Assembly: GCF_009914755.1 (NCBI RefSeq)
Contig: NC_060933.1
Strand: one strand, 5' to 3'
Origin: the human T2T-CHM13v2.0 reference genome, Homo sapiens
DNA: 64,000 nucleotides
Below the pieces are notes generated by a model. That model was given only the letters and a program-made list of their open reading frames with translations. It was not told the origin of the DNA and did no database searches. The position numbers and the translations under genes were made by a program. Numbering within the stretch: the first letter of the stretch is position 1; each line of letters begins with the position of its first letter. Below, one piece after another: positions 13,738-27,593 of the stretch.

Positions 13738-14229
13738 AAAATTCCAACACAACCTCTGCATGTGAGAAATCAATCAGCTTTTTCTCCTCCTCCTACCGCA
13801 CTCAAAATTGTAAGGCAGTTTGTCATCGTCGCACGTGAAGGCACAGGAGGGAGACTAGCTAAATGTGGCAGAAAGAACGTCGGGGCCCGCAGCACCACTT
13901 GTTCCTCAGAACTGCCTCCCAGCCTCCGACCATCCTTCAGTGAGCCAGCGTACATTAAAGCTCTCACCATGTGTGCTGCCTTCTTCCAGATTTTTGCACT
14001 GAAGCACACCAGTCAGCAGCTTTCACCACTTGGGAGAATGATCAAGGCCAGGAAAGCACTCATACACAGGCTGAGTACTAACAGGACATTCTACGGTTCA
14101 TGAAACCAAATGCCCCTACACAGAGGACAGCTGAAATGTGAACACAGAAGCCCAGAGCAACATAAGAAAGCTACAGTAGTTGTGAAGACCAATTGCAGTC
14201 ATAAATATCACCATCAAATACTTAGCTAC

Positions 14230-14450
14230 AGCTTTACTATTTACAAAATATTTTTACATACATTATTTTATTTGAACCCCACAACAGCCCTTTTAAGAGG
14301 TAGTATAGATATTTTTTATTAATAACTGTATTTTGCACATGAAGAAACTGAAAAAGGTTAAGAGACTTGTCTAAGGTCATTTTAAGTAAGCAGTAACTTG
14401 ACTTCTATCTTCCCCCAAACTAACTGTAGATTTTAGAGTCTTTCAGCTGC
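14230..14450 (-). mobile_element. MIR SINE
   Basis: cacaacagccct...gaggtag...atgaagaaactga...gacttgtctaaggtca. Confidence 0.7.
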
Positions 14451-15339
14451 ATCACCGTATCCCACATAGATAAAAGAAGAGGAGTAAATTTTAAGAGGCA
14501 GGTTCCACAGCAAAGTCAGGAATTATTTCTATAAACCCCTGTATCCTTCCATAACTGCCTTCATTCATCACTACTGTTCTTTCCTTTACTTCCTTACCTC
14601 CATTCATTCCTGGTTCTTTTCTTCAGATGATCCAAGATGTCAGAAAGCATTCTGTCCATTTAAATCCCTTAGATCCTGATCTGCACAACCAAAGATATCC
14701 TTGGGTCAAATCTGAAACCAGCAAATATGGATCTTTCTCATCTGTAAAGTTCTGTGGCTACAACAGAAACTAGCCTAAGGAGTAATGAAATCTGTGGACT
14801 CTCAGAGATAAATATTTCTACTATGTGCCAAAAAAAAAAAAAAAAACAAGAAGGCAACAAATAATCAATACAGTATCTCCTGAGGCTCTGGAGTGACTTG
14901 TCCCCTGCAGGATGGCCACATTCAGTGACTGAGCCAGAACAAACACTGAGAATAACTATCTAAGCCACAATCAACAGCAAAATAAGATATTAATGAACCT
15001 CTAAAGAACTACTCAGATCATCTTGTTAAAGGTTTACAGTACGTTCTGAACTCAAAGCTTACAAAGTCTTGAGGAGCCGGTCAAAACCAAGTGGAGAAAG
15101 CTAACAAAAGCAATGGAGAAGAAACCCCTATTGATTAAATGCAACTGTTAGGCAGCATTACTTGTAAAGAGCTGAATATCCTCCTTTCATCTAAAATTTA
15201 CAGTAAAATAAACTTTATTAAAGAAAAAAGGAACATTTAAATTACCAAACATCCAACTCCATAGAAATAACCCTGGTTAACATCTTCTAGTCTATTTTGT
15301 AAAAATATATGACAGAAGGTGCGTGCATTTTTAAAGCAA

Positions 15340-15500
15340 ATACTCTATCTAGTCCTTATTGTTGTACAGAATAGCAGAAGATGAAAACTCTCAGCATTGC
15401 AAGTCCTTGACCTATATGAATTCATTTGGTTATCCCATTAACCTGATGACACAGGTAGTATTACTCTGTTTACAGATGGACAAATCAAAGCATGGAGCTC
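15340..15500 (-). mobile_element. MIR fragment
   Basis: caggtagtattactctgtttacagatggacaaat. Confidence 0.5.
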
Positions 15501-16959
15501 GTTTATTGTCTTTGTAGGTAGAGTTGCTGTGTGACACAGATCACATATGGAAAGTAAGCCCTCATAGACGAATGCTGGCTTCCACTCACATCACCTCTAA
15601 TATATTTTCTTTCTCTCTGCCCCTCTGGTCTTCTATTCCTAATGCAATGGCACCTAAGAGAGCCTATCACAAAATTACTCTAGCAGGCAATTTCATTCCA
15701 ACAACAGGATATACAGTTCTGCTGACAGGAATTGATAGGAACTCTGAAGCCAGAGACTGTGCTCTTCTATATTTTCCTGGGGATCATGATAGTGTTGTAA
15801 GTGACTCTTCTAAAAAAAAAAAAAATCTAAGGAGGCATTTGGATAAGGAGACCTGATTTGTTCTTCAGAGTAGAAAAGGTACCTAAGGGAAGGCAGGAGC
15901 AGCCCTAAAAATTACTAGTATGACAAGAGGCTGGAGAACAAAACTGAACCCATGGGATTTACCTCATGTGAAAACTCTTCAGCTAAATCTTCCTGGCACA
16001 AATAGCAATGAACATTATCCCACTCACCCAAAATGAAAACTAGTCTTGTTTCAGCCCAGCAGGGCTGACTCCAGAGTCAACAATGGCTATGTTCTACATT
16101 CCCAAACTGACCCTGAAACAAACTTGGGCTTTGTGTTGCTGTTGTTGGTAATGGTGGTGGTAATGGTGGAAGTTCACATGTGTGTGTATTTTAAAAGAGA
16201 AGAGATGACCTAAAGTCAAACACAGAAACACTGTGGCTATTCCACCCTGGCATGGGGTAGATCTGCCCAACCTTACAAGATTATTTTGAATTGTTAGACA
16301 AAGCAAAGGAGAAACCCTTCTGCCTTATTAGAAGCAACTCTTTTCTACCTTTGATGCTACTGGGAATCAAAGATCTTTTAAGTGATTTACAGATCAAATT
16401 CAACAACTTGAATCATTCAATATGCCAGTTAAGAAGACTCCAAAATAAGTCAGGCTTATTATTTTACAGTTTTGTCCAATTTAGCTACTAGCTTGAATGG
16501 TAAATAATATATATAATCAAGAGAAAATATGGTATTCAAAAAATGTGCACTGACTGAACACCTGTACTATGTAAGATATCTGCTATATATAAGACACTGG
16601 GGTTCAGGAGGTTTTATAAAAATAAATGGATTCAGAAGGAGAAATGTATTTCAGAAATGTAATTTCTATATAATTACAGTAGGATTGCCTATCTGGACTG
16701 TGACAATGGAGCTATATTTAAAAAAATAATTAAAAACCTCTATAAAAATAGTACTTTTGTCAAGAAAATAAAGATCTATGTGAAAACTGACAACCTTGGG
16801 AAGATAAAAGACAAAAAATAAGTTATTTCCTTATTGTAGAACTATCCTACTGTTTAGTCCGACTAAATGCAGATTCCTGATGACTACAGGCTTCTTCCTT
16901 AATATCAATTTAACACTATCCAAACATATGCTGAGAATTCTATTCAACTTTAAAACAAT

Positions 16960-17584
16960 GAGTAGATACAGAGCAACTGGAGCTCTCTGTGAAGGAAGGA
17001 ATGTTTTCAAACGGTACAACCACTTCAGGAAGCACTTTGAAAGGTGCTTCTGAAGTCAAACATATAGTAACCATATGACCCAATATTCCACTCCTAAGTA
17101 TTGATCTAACAAAAATGAAGACATTTGTCTAAACAAAGACTTACAAAGATTCATAGAAACTTTGTTCATAATAGCTAAAACTGAAAACCAAATATACATC
17201 AAGAGGTGAATGGACAAACTGTAGTATACTCCTAAAATGAAATACTACTCTGGAATAAAAAGAACTATTCATATGCTATTCATACACATAGCACATGAGT
17301 GAGTCTCAACATTGGGCTGAGCAAAAGAAACCAGACACAAGAGTACATAATGCTTTATTAATCCATTTATGTGAAATTCTAGAAAACAGAAATCTCATCT
17401 AGAGAGACAGAAAGTAGATCAGCAGATCAGTGTTTGCCTGGGGCTGGGGATGGGTACAAGGGAGCTTCGGGAAGTATAAAAATGTTCTACAACTTGATTA
17501 TGGTGGTGGTTACATAGATATAAATTTTAAAAACTCAACTCAACATTTTTTAAAAGGGTATATTTCATTTTATGTATTATATAT

Positions 17585-17585
<1 letters not shown>
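16960..17585 (+). mobile_element. L1MB/L1ME 3' end
   Basis: ggtacaaccactt, catatgacccaatattccactcctaag, aaagaaaccagacacaa, tccatttatgtgaaattctaga. Confidence 0.8.

Positions 17586-17588
<3 letters not shown>

Positions 17589-17634
<46 letters not shown>
17589..17634. repeat. (AT)~23 perfect repeat
   Basis: directly visible. Confidence 0.97.
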
Positions 17635-17636
<2 letters not shown>

Positions 17637-17687
17637 TAAGGTAATTTTTAAAAAGAACAAAATCTTAGAATATATTTAAAACAAGAA

Positions 17688-18102
<415 letters not shown>

Positions 18103-18165
18103 TCAGTAGGGCATCATCTTCCCACATTTGGGAATAGCAACAGTAGAGTCACTGTAATTACATAA

Positions 18166-18487
<322 letters not shown>

Positions 18488-18769
18488 TGACTGTCTTAAT
18501 AATTAAAAAAGAAACTATGTATTCAGTTTTTATAATACAGAAATGGCAAATACAAGCTATTTTCATGCTCTGCAATTCCATAATTTTTCATCTATAATTG
18601 GTATATCTCTAAAATTATACATATATAATACATATAGATCGAATTCACATCCTGAGATTTTCTCACAAAAAGAATAATACTAGTCTCAAGATAAAAACTT
18701 CAAGTGGCGATGAGAGTTTAGGGCTTGTTTTAGAGAGTAGGATGCCTTAATAAGAAATGATTTTTTGTT

Positions 18770-19075
18770 GGCCAGGCACAGTGGTTCATACCTGTAATCC
18801 CAGCACTTTGGGAGAGCAAGGCAGGTAGATCACTTGAGCTCAGGAGTTCAAGACCAGCCTGGGCAACAGGCAAAACCCTGTCTCTACAAAAAATCTAAAA
18901 ATTTTAAAACTTAGCCAGGCATGGTGGCCCACATCTGTGGTCCCAGCTACTTGGGAGGCTAAAGTGGGAAGATGCGTTAAGTCCAGGAGGCAGAGGTTGA
19001 GTGAGCCATGATCACACACCACTGCCCGCCAGCCTGGCAACACAATGAGACCGTGTCTCAGAAAAGAAAAGAAAA
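18770..19075 (+). mobile_element. AluJ
   Basis: cacttgagctcaggagttcaagaccagcctgggcaac; gagccatgatcacac. Confidence 0.9.
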
Positions 19076-20039
19076 TTTGTTTTTGTTTAATGATTCCCTA
19101 CTACGTGGCAAAAACAAACAAACTAGAAATGTGGTAGGATAAAAGTGTCAAAGGCCTTGTGATCAGAGGTAAATTTTATATATCTGTATGGTCATGTATT
19201 TTCTCCAATGAGCCTGCATTACTTTTATGATTTGAAAAACATTGTTCTTTAGTTTTAAATAGACCCACAGATTCAGCAAAACCTTATGATTCAACATTTT
19301 AAAATGTATAAAATAGCCCTATCTTCTCTGTACCATATCGTTCCCCATGTGAAACAAAGTTAGCTGCTTCTTCCTGAATAATGTGGAACACATAGAACCC
19401 CCTGAAATAACGATTAGATATTTCAGCTGTTTAATGTGGCACATTATAGTATATTCATACTGCTTGGGGTTTACTGAACTTACTGGATGTATAAGTCAAT
19501 GTATTCTTAATCAAAAATGGAAAATTTTCAACAATTATTTCTTAAATACTTTTCATTCCCCATTTTCATGCTCTTCACCTCTGTAATTGCAATTATACAT
19601 ATACTAGACCATGAGGTATTGTACCTTAGGTCCCTGAATCTCTGTTCATTTTTCTTTAATTTTCTTCTAAGTTAATCAGATTGAATAAATTTCACTGATA
19701 TGCATCAAGTTGAATGATATTTCTTAATAGCATGTTGGAGATCGTAAAACAAATTTTTAATTAGTTATTGTTCTTTTCAGTTCTTGAATTTTCACTTAGC
19801 TTTTCATACACAGTAGAATTTATTAAAACAAACCAAAAAAACCCATCATTCAATTATTTTGGAATAATGATCTTTTTTAAATATACTATACGATTGGATT
19901 TACTTATATTTTATTTACAACTTTTATACCATGTTTATGAACAACGTTTCTGTTTTTACTTTTAAGCACAAAAGACAGTTTATTGGCTCATTTAACTGAA
20001 AAATTCAGTCATAATTCCATCTATGTTTATAAATGAGTG

Positions 20040-20246
20040 ATTTTTTTAACTGACGTATTCATGAGGTACACAGTGATGTTTCAATACATATAATGTATGA
20101 TGATCGGGTCAGTGTAATTAGCATATCCATCATCTCAAATACCTATCTTTTTTTTTTTTTTGTATTACAAACATCCAATACCCTTCTTCTGGCTATCTGA
20201 AACTATAAATAATTGATAACTATAGTCATCCTACAGTGGTATAGAA
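20040..20246 (-). mobile_element. L1MA 3' end
   Basis: ggtacacagtgatgtttcaatacat...gtaattagcatatccatcatctcaaa...atagtcatcctacagtg. Confidence 0.8.
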
Positions 20247-20796
20247 CAAGGGTCCCCAACCCCTCAACTGTCTGTGGAACCCACCCAGGTACCAGTCCAT
20301 GGACTGTTAGGAAACAGACCACACAGCAGGAGGTGAGCAAGAGGTGAGCAGGAGGTGAGCAGCAGGTGAGCCAGTGAAGCTTCATCTCTATTTACAGCCA
20401 CTCCCCATTGCCCACATTACTGCCTGAGCTCTGCCTCCTGTCAGAGCAGCGGCAGCATTCGATTCTCATAGGAATGCAAACCCTGTTGTGAACTGCCCAT
20501 GCGAGGGATCTAGGTTGCATGTTTCTTATGAGAATCTAATGCCTGATGATCTGTCACTGTCTCCTGTCACCCCCAGATGGGACTGTCTAGCTGGAGGGAA
20601 ACAAACTCAGGGCTCCCACTGATTCTACATTATGATGAGTAGATAATTATTTCATTATATATTACAATGTAATAATCATAGAAATAAAGCACACAATAAA
20701 TGTAATGTATTTGAATCATTCCTCCACCCCCTAGTCCATGTTAAAATTGTCTTCCATAAAACCGGTCCCTGGTGCCAAAAAGGTTGGGGACCACTG
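20247..20796 (+). mobile_element. MER1A (hAT-Charlie non-autonomous element)
   Basis: termini caagggtccccaacc / ggttggggaccactg; perfect 8-bp TSD gtatagaa at 20239-20246 and 20797-20804. Confidence 0.9.
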
Positions 20797-21011
20797 GTAT
20801 AGAACACTAGTAGTTTCCATTTCTCTGCCAAGATTTCTAACCCGTTTACTCATTAAGACCACAATTTGTTTGTTTAAGTCCTTTTATTGGTATGCATACA
20901 TGAGCCTTTTTCAGCTAAACTCAACAACTAGGCCATCTCAAGGTCTACTGCTATTGACTTTATTTTGACTATTGGTCATACTTTTCCTTTTTCTTTTGCA
21001 CGTGCAGTAAC

Positions 21012-21352
21012 TTATTATATACTATACTATATAATAAATATATAATACAATATAATATATAAATAAAATATATATATAATACTATATATATATTTTATTA
21101 TATAATACTATATATAAATATATATTGTATTACATAATAATACAATATATAAATATATATTGTATTACATAATACTATATATAAATATATATTGTTATTA
21201 TATAATAATACAATATATATAAATATATATTGTTATATAATAATACAATATATAAATATATATTGTTATATAATAATACAATATATAAATATATATTGTT
21301 ATATAATAATACAATATATAAATATATATTGTTACTATATAAATAATACAAT
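21012..21352. repeat. AT-rich minisatellite with ~33-bp unit
   Basis: unit caatatataaatatatattgttatataataata; anchor C at 21246, 21279 and 21312. Confidence 0.9.
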
Positions 21353-22728
21353 GCAGAGAACATGGATTCTGCTATGATCCTCTGAAGAATGGTAATCTTT
21401 GTTCTCAGGCAGTATAATTACTGTCTAAACACCCTGAATTTGTTTATGTTTTGTTAGGATGAATTTGAGAAAATCCCAAGGTGTTTCTCAAGCTCCTCTC
21501 TTTTGGCAGAATTAAACTTGGGACACAGCTCCAACATCTACCAGAAACCTGTACCATATCTTTTCATTCTCAGATCCATAGCAGGAACTCTCTGGTAAGC
21601 CCACAGTTTGACTTGCCATATGTGCAGTTCATCACTCAGCCATGACTTGAAGGGAACCCATATTCAGAATTCTGGATCCCCATTTCTGTGCAGCCTTCAC
21701 CCTTCTGGTGCCCCGCTCCAGATTCCAGCTGCTTCAACAGGCCTAGATTCTGGTCTCTGCCTTCTCAGCTCAGAGGTGCCACTGTTTCTGCTTGGACTCC
21801 AAGTCCTTGTTACATAGTCAGGAAAATGTCCCTAGGCAGAAATGCAGAGCAAATGTGGGGCTCTTTTTATGTATCTGCCTTCTCTCAATAATCACAGTCT
21901 TGCACTGTCTGTTGTCCAACATGTGAAAAGTTGCCTCATATATTTTGTTCAGTTTTATCACTGTTTATGGCAGAAGAATCAATCCAGCATCAAGGTATTA
22001 CATCAAGGCATTACATCAAGGCAAGTAGCAAAAGCTCTTGCACACATTACTTTAAACTGTTCTTATTCTCTCTCACTCTTTCAATTTCTATTTCTCCTCT
22101 TTTCTCCCCATCCCCAACTTGTATAATTTATCAGCTTGAGTTGAATGAATAGGTAGCGCTAAATAATTTTGATAGAATATCTCAGAACTTTAAGATCTTA
22201 TAATGATGATGGAACACTTTGAAAGTATTCACAATATCACAAGTTTTGTAGAGTTTCTGAAGTTAAGTAAAAACGTTTAAAATTTATTTTATAAAGTCTT
22301 TCTTCCCATACTTTTCCTTTTTCATGAACAAGCAAAATATCAGCAATACTCTGCTACCATGCTGTCCTTCATAACCCTTACTTTGCTTATTTTTATTCAA
22401 GTCAAAATAAAAAGAATAGAAAATTCAGAAAATCTCAAATGATCTGAATTCTCATTTCCCAATTTTTGAAGTTAGTCTGATCTCACTGCCACACAACCAA
22501 CAGAATATAAAGGTCTTTCTAGCTATATTTAAAGACTGTGGAAACCTATCTGTCCCCAAACTACAACAGATTTAAATGACAAAGTAAATAAAAGAAAGTT
22601 TTTTAAAAATTTAAAACATTTACATGAAATGAATAGTTCCACAAATAAAGCGTATTTTTGCCAAGGATGAGTTTCTCAATTGTTCTAGATACTAGATATT
22701 CTCATTCAAACAAATGCTTAGAGATAGA

Positions 22729-23143
<415 letters not shown>

Positions 23144-25099
23144 AATTTTTAGTTATTCTTATGATTAACTAAAAATTTAGGTTAAAGAAAATGTTTAATA
23201 TGTAATCTTAATATATACCAATACTATATATATAATATACAAATATATATAATATAATATAATTGTGTGTGTCTGTGGAGATAGACATAAATTGACAACT
23301 ATTTTCGGATTTTCTAGAAACCTCAGTTTCTCATAAAACCTGAACACTGTCTGATTGTAGGATGTGAAGCCCCAGGTATTTTTCCACTGGACTAGATAAG
23401 GCATTTTTCCCTCTAGGCTCCTGGAGGTGCTAATCTCATCCTAACCCATTTCCGTCTTATATTCTGGCTTGCCTGAACTACATTCACTTGCAAAGTATTT
23501 GGGCAGGCCGATAATTAAAAGATAGTGACTCAGTGGTACTCTGGGTAGCTACACATCTCCATGCCCTCTTTTAATTTACTATATAGCAGATGTATCTTAG
23601 CGGCTGCTATACATCTGCTTTACATTTGCTTTAAACAATAGAGAGATGGACTTGATATCTCCCTATTTCAAAGCCCTCAATCTCTTTGAAGCAGCCCACA
23701 AAGTAACAGGTTTCTGTCTAAGCAGTGGCTTCCAACCCACGGCCCACTTGCAGAGCCAAGATAATAATCCCATTGACAACTCTTAAAGTCTCAAACCTTA
23801 GTTGACTTAGGTTACCAGGTTCACTGAGGTTCCCAAGTTTTCTTAGTTACTTATCAGTCATAGCTGTTCAAGCAAGTGATTTCTGTATTCAAATCATCAG
23901 TGTCATAACAGAAATACTCTTTGTATTCAGAGTGACCAATATAATTTTCAACGAGAAAAGGGTATGTAAGAGAATAAAATGATGTTTTGAAAGACTTTCA
24001 AAAGAAATCTTACATGTAAATCTAATACTCAGGATAATTAATAGCAGAGTGTTCTAGGTTAAAGCCTGGAATGAAAGATGGATAGCATGCTAGGCTGTAA
24101 CCATCAATCTCCTTAAATCTCTTTGATTGAGTAAATTTTAATCAGCTTAATTAGAAAGCATAGATCCCAGTTAGTTCCAGCTCTACTACTGTTGTACTCA
24201 CTGGCAAAACACTTTTGCTTTAATTTTAGTATCAGTTTCCTCAGAAATAAGATAGAGATATAAACATAAGTCTTAGCAATCTTCAAAATACCATTACCAT
24301 CAAATGAACATTTGTGCCTCAAAGGCACTTGGTAAAATTTTTTTAGAGAAATAAATGTATACTATTGTTATCCTTTTATTTCATCACAATGACACCAATA
24401 TTTTTAATTTCCTAGGTCTGCCCTCCACTTGCCATAATTGTGTCCATCACAAAATCTGATTCATTCTTTTGAATTTTTAAATATGTTTTATATATCAGAC
24501 TTCAATGTAATGTTGACCCTTGAAGAACACAGCTTTAAACTGTGCAGGTCCACTTATATGTGCATTTTTTTCCAAAAAATATATTGGAACATTTTTTAGA
24601 GATGTGTAACAATTTGAAAAAAAAAATCACATAAAGAATGAGTCCCCCAGAAATATCAAAAAATTAAGATGAAGGTATGTCATGATGCATAAAATATATG
24701 TAGGTACTAGTCTGTTTTATCATTTACTACCATAAAATATATATAAATCCATTATAAAAAGTTAAAATGTATCAAACCTTACAAAAGAACTTAGAATGCA
24801 CACGGTACCATTTGCAGTCAAGAGAAGTGTAAACAAATGTAAAGATGCCGTATTAAATAATAACTGCATAAAATTAACTATAATACCTACTGTGCAACTG
24901 TAATAATTTTGTAGCCACCTTGTGTTGCTATTGTGAGTGAGCTCAAGTGCTGGGACTATCTACCCTGTGATGCTAATCATCTCTGAGTGAGCAGTTCATC
25001 TTTCCAGTAAATTGTGTATCACAGTAAAAAGTGATCTCTTACAGTTCTCACGTATTTTTCATCATATTTAGTGCAATGCTATAAACCTGGAATAACACC

Positions 25100-26763
25100 A
25101 TGGGTCCCATATGAAGCAGCACTAGTGATGCTGCAAGTGCTCCCAAGAAGCTGAGAAAAGTTACATTACAACAAAAAGTTGAATTGTTTCATATGTACCA
25201 TAGATTAAGGTCTGCGGCTGAGGTTGCCCACTTTTTCATGAGTTCAGTACCAAAGGCATGAACACAGCATAAGAATGATTTAAAAAAAAGAAAAGAAAAT
25301 TTATGAAGTTGTCACTACAGTTACGCCAACAGGTATGAAAACCCCGCACTTTTTGCAAATTACCCTTTTCTGTCATATTGAAAATGCAGCTTTTATATGG
25401 GTGCAGGATTGCTATAAGAAAAGCATACCTATAGATTCTAATATAATTCAAGAAAAAGTTGTCATTATATGACAATTTAAAGCAAAAGGAAGGTGAATGA
25501 TCTAAAGCTGGAGAATTTAATGCCAGCAAAGGATGGTTTGGTAATTTTAGAAAGAGGCTTGACTTAAAAATGTCAAGACAAGAGAAGCAGTTTCTGCCAA
25601 CCAAGTAGCAGCAGACGAGTTCCCAGACAAATTTAAGAAAATCATCGAGGAGAAAGCATATCTCTTATGAACAGGTTTCTAATGCAGAAGAAAGTGCTCT
25701 ATTCTGGGGAAAAATGCCACAAAGAACACATATGAGTAAGGAAGAGAAGCACTAGGATTTAAGGGAGGAAGCAGCAGACCAACTCCACTATTTGTGCAAA
25801 TGCCGTCGGGTTTATGATCAGGACTGGTCTTATCTATAAATCTGTTCCCCAAGCCATGAAGAAGAAAGATAAACACCAGCTAAGCTTTTGGTTGTACAAT
25901 GAGAAGCTCTTTTGCCACACTGCCTAAGAAGATGAGAACAGCTTTCTGGATTGGTTCCACTGATTCTTTGTTCCTGAAGTCAAGAAGTACCTTGTAAATA
26001 AACGGCCTGTGTTTCAAAGTTCTTTTGATATTGAACAATGCCCCAGTCACCCAGAACCCCATGAGTTCAGTACCAAAGGCATCAAACTGATCTACTTGCC
26101 CCCAAACACATTATCTCTAATTCAGCCTCTAGATAAAGGGTCATAAGGATTTTTAAGGCACATAGTACTCAATGGAAAGGACTGTCGATACTATGGAAGA
26201 GAACCCCAGTAGAGAGAACGTCATGAAAGTCTGAAGAGATTACACCATTGAAGAGACCATGGTTGTTACAGAAAAACCTGTGAAAGCTATCAAAGCCCAA
26301 ACCATAAATTCCTGTTGGACATAACTCTGCCCAGACTTTGTACATGACTTCACAAGATTTAGAACAGTGCCAAGCAAGGAAGTCATGAAAGAGCTTGTAG
26401 ATGTGGCCAAAAAAAAGGTAATGGATGAAAGGTTTGAAGACATGGATCTTGGAGAAATCCAAGAACAGACACCACACCAGAGGAATTAACAGAATATGAC
26501 TTGAATTCCTTGAGTGCATCCAAACCAATGCCAGATTATGAGGAAGAAGATGTAGAAGCAATGCCAGAAAACAAAGTTAAATTAGACAATATGGCAGAAG
26601 GGTTCCAATTACTCAAGATAGCTTTTGGTTTCTTTTATGACTTGGATGCTTCTATGACATGGGCGCTAAAACTAAAGTAAACAGTGGAAGAAGGGTTGGT
26701 ACTGTAAAGAAACATTTTTAGAGAAAAGATAAAGCAAAAAAGTCAGATACAAATTACAATGTA
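25100..26763 (+). pseudogene. decayed Tigger2 transposase
   Basis: ATG at 25100, stop at codon 5 (TGA 25112); HTH-CENPB-like motif FNASKGWF; DDE motifs read NAEES (25681), LILNNA (~26025) and QPLD (~26123); frameshifted. Confidence 0.8.
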
Positions 26764-27031
26764 CAGTTGTCCCTTAGTATATATAGGGGATTAGTTCCAG
26801 GTTAGCGTGTAAGTTTACCAAACCCATGTATACCTAAATCAATATATACAAAATCACTGAATACTCAAGTCCTGAAGTCAGCCCTGCAGAAGCCGAGTAT
26901 ACAAAAAGGCGGCCCCATACATGTGGGTTGTGTATCCCATAATACTGTATTTTTATCTGCATTTGGTTGAAAAAAATCCAAATATAAGTGAATCCATGTA
27001 GCTCAAGCCCATGTTGTTCAAGAGTCAACTG
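26764..27031 (+). mobile_element. MER8 nested in Tigger2
   Basis: cagttgtccct...tactcaagtcc...gtcagccctgcagaa...ttggttgaaaaaaatcc...gtcaactg; TA on both sides. Confidence 0.85.
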
Positions 27032-27593
27032 TATTTCCATAAAGTCACACAAAGTGTGCCTGCCTCCCCTTCTACCTCCTCCGCCTCTTCCACTTCCCCA
27101 AGACAGCATGACCAACCCCTACTCTTCCTCCTTCTCATCCTACTCAATGTGAAGATAACTAGGATGAAGACTTTTATGATTATCTACTCCCATTGAATGA
27201 ATAGTAAATATATTTTTTCTTCCTTACGATTTTCTTGGTAGCATTTTCTTCTCTCTAGCTTAATTTACTGTAAGAATACAGTACATAATACAGATAACAT
27301 AGAAAATATGTGTTAATCAACTGTTTATGTTATTGGCAAGCCTATTAATAGTTAAGTTCTGAGGGAGTCAAAAGTTATAGCTAGCTTCTGACTGTGCTTG
27401 GGTGGGGGTGTTGCCACCCCAAACCACTACACTGTTCAAGGGTCAACTGTATTTCATTTGTATTGTAGATTACAGGCTAAAAATGTGTTAAACCAATGTT
27501 TTTCAGAACTGTTCAAACATTGCCTATTCCATAAAGATTTTCACAATCAAATAAGTAAAAATATCTGTCACGCTACTTGTTTACGGACTAGAA

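Larger units (their letters stand above)
19400..21980 (-). mobile_element. fragmented old L1M 5'/ORF1 region, split by younger insertions
   Basis: ctgcttggggtttactgaac, aaattttcaacaattatttc, tcatatattttgttcagtttt. Confidence 0.55.
24510..27449 (+). mobile_element. near full-length Tigger2 (pogo-like) DNA transposon
   Basis: TIRs gttgacccttgaa / ttcaagggtcaactg with flanking TA; about 2.67 kb after removing the nested MER8; transposase remnants. Confidence 0.9.

Noticed and set aside
13693-14103. 136-aa ORF
   Set aside because: Starts at TTG inside MER2, has no recognisable domain and no splice support
16094-16306. ORF with HHYHHHYQQQQH
   Set aside because: Short trinucleotide low-complexity tract with no exon context
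21200-21350. CRISPR-like periodicity
   Set aside because: Head-to-tail tandem repeat with no unique spacers, in eukaryotic DNA
22203-22260. C/D-box snoRNA-like pair (ATGATGA...CTGA)
   Set aside because: Weak terminal stem, no clear internal boxes or guide, opposite to the inferred host strand, and expected by chance in 64 kb
25100-26763. Possible domesticated TIGD-like transposase gene
   Set aside because: Stop at codon 5, multiple frameshifts and altered catalytic residues; the listed ORFs here are antisense
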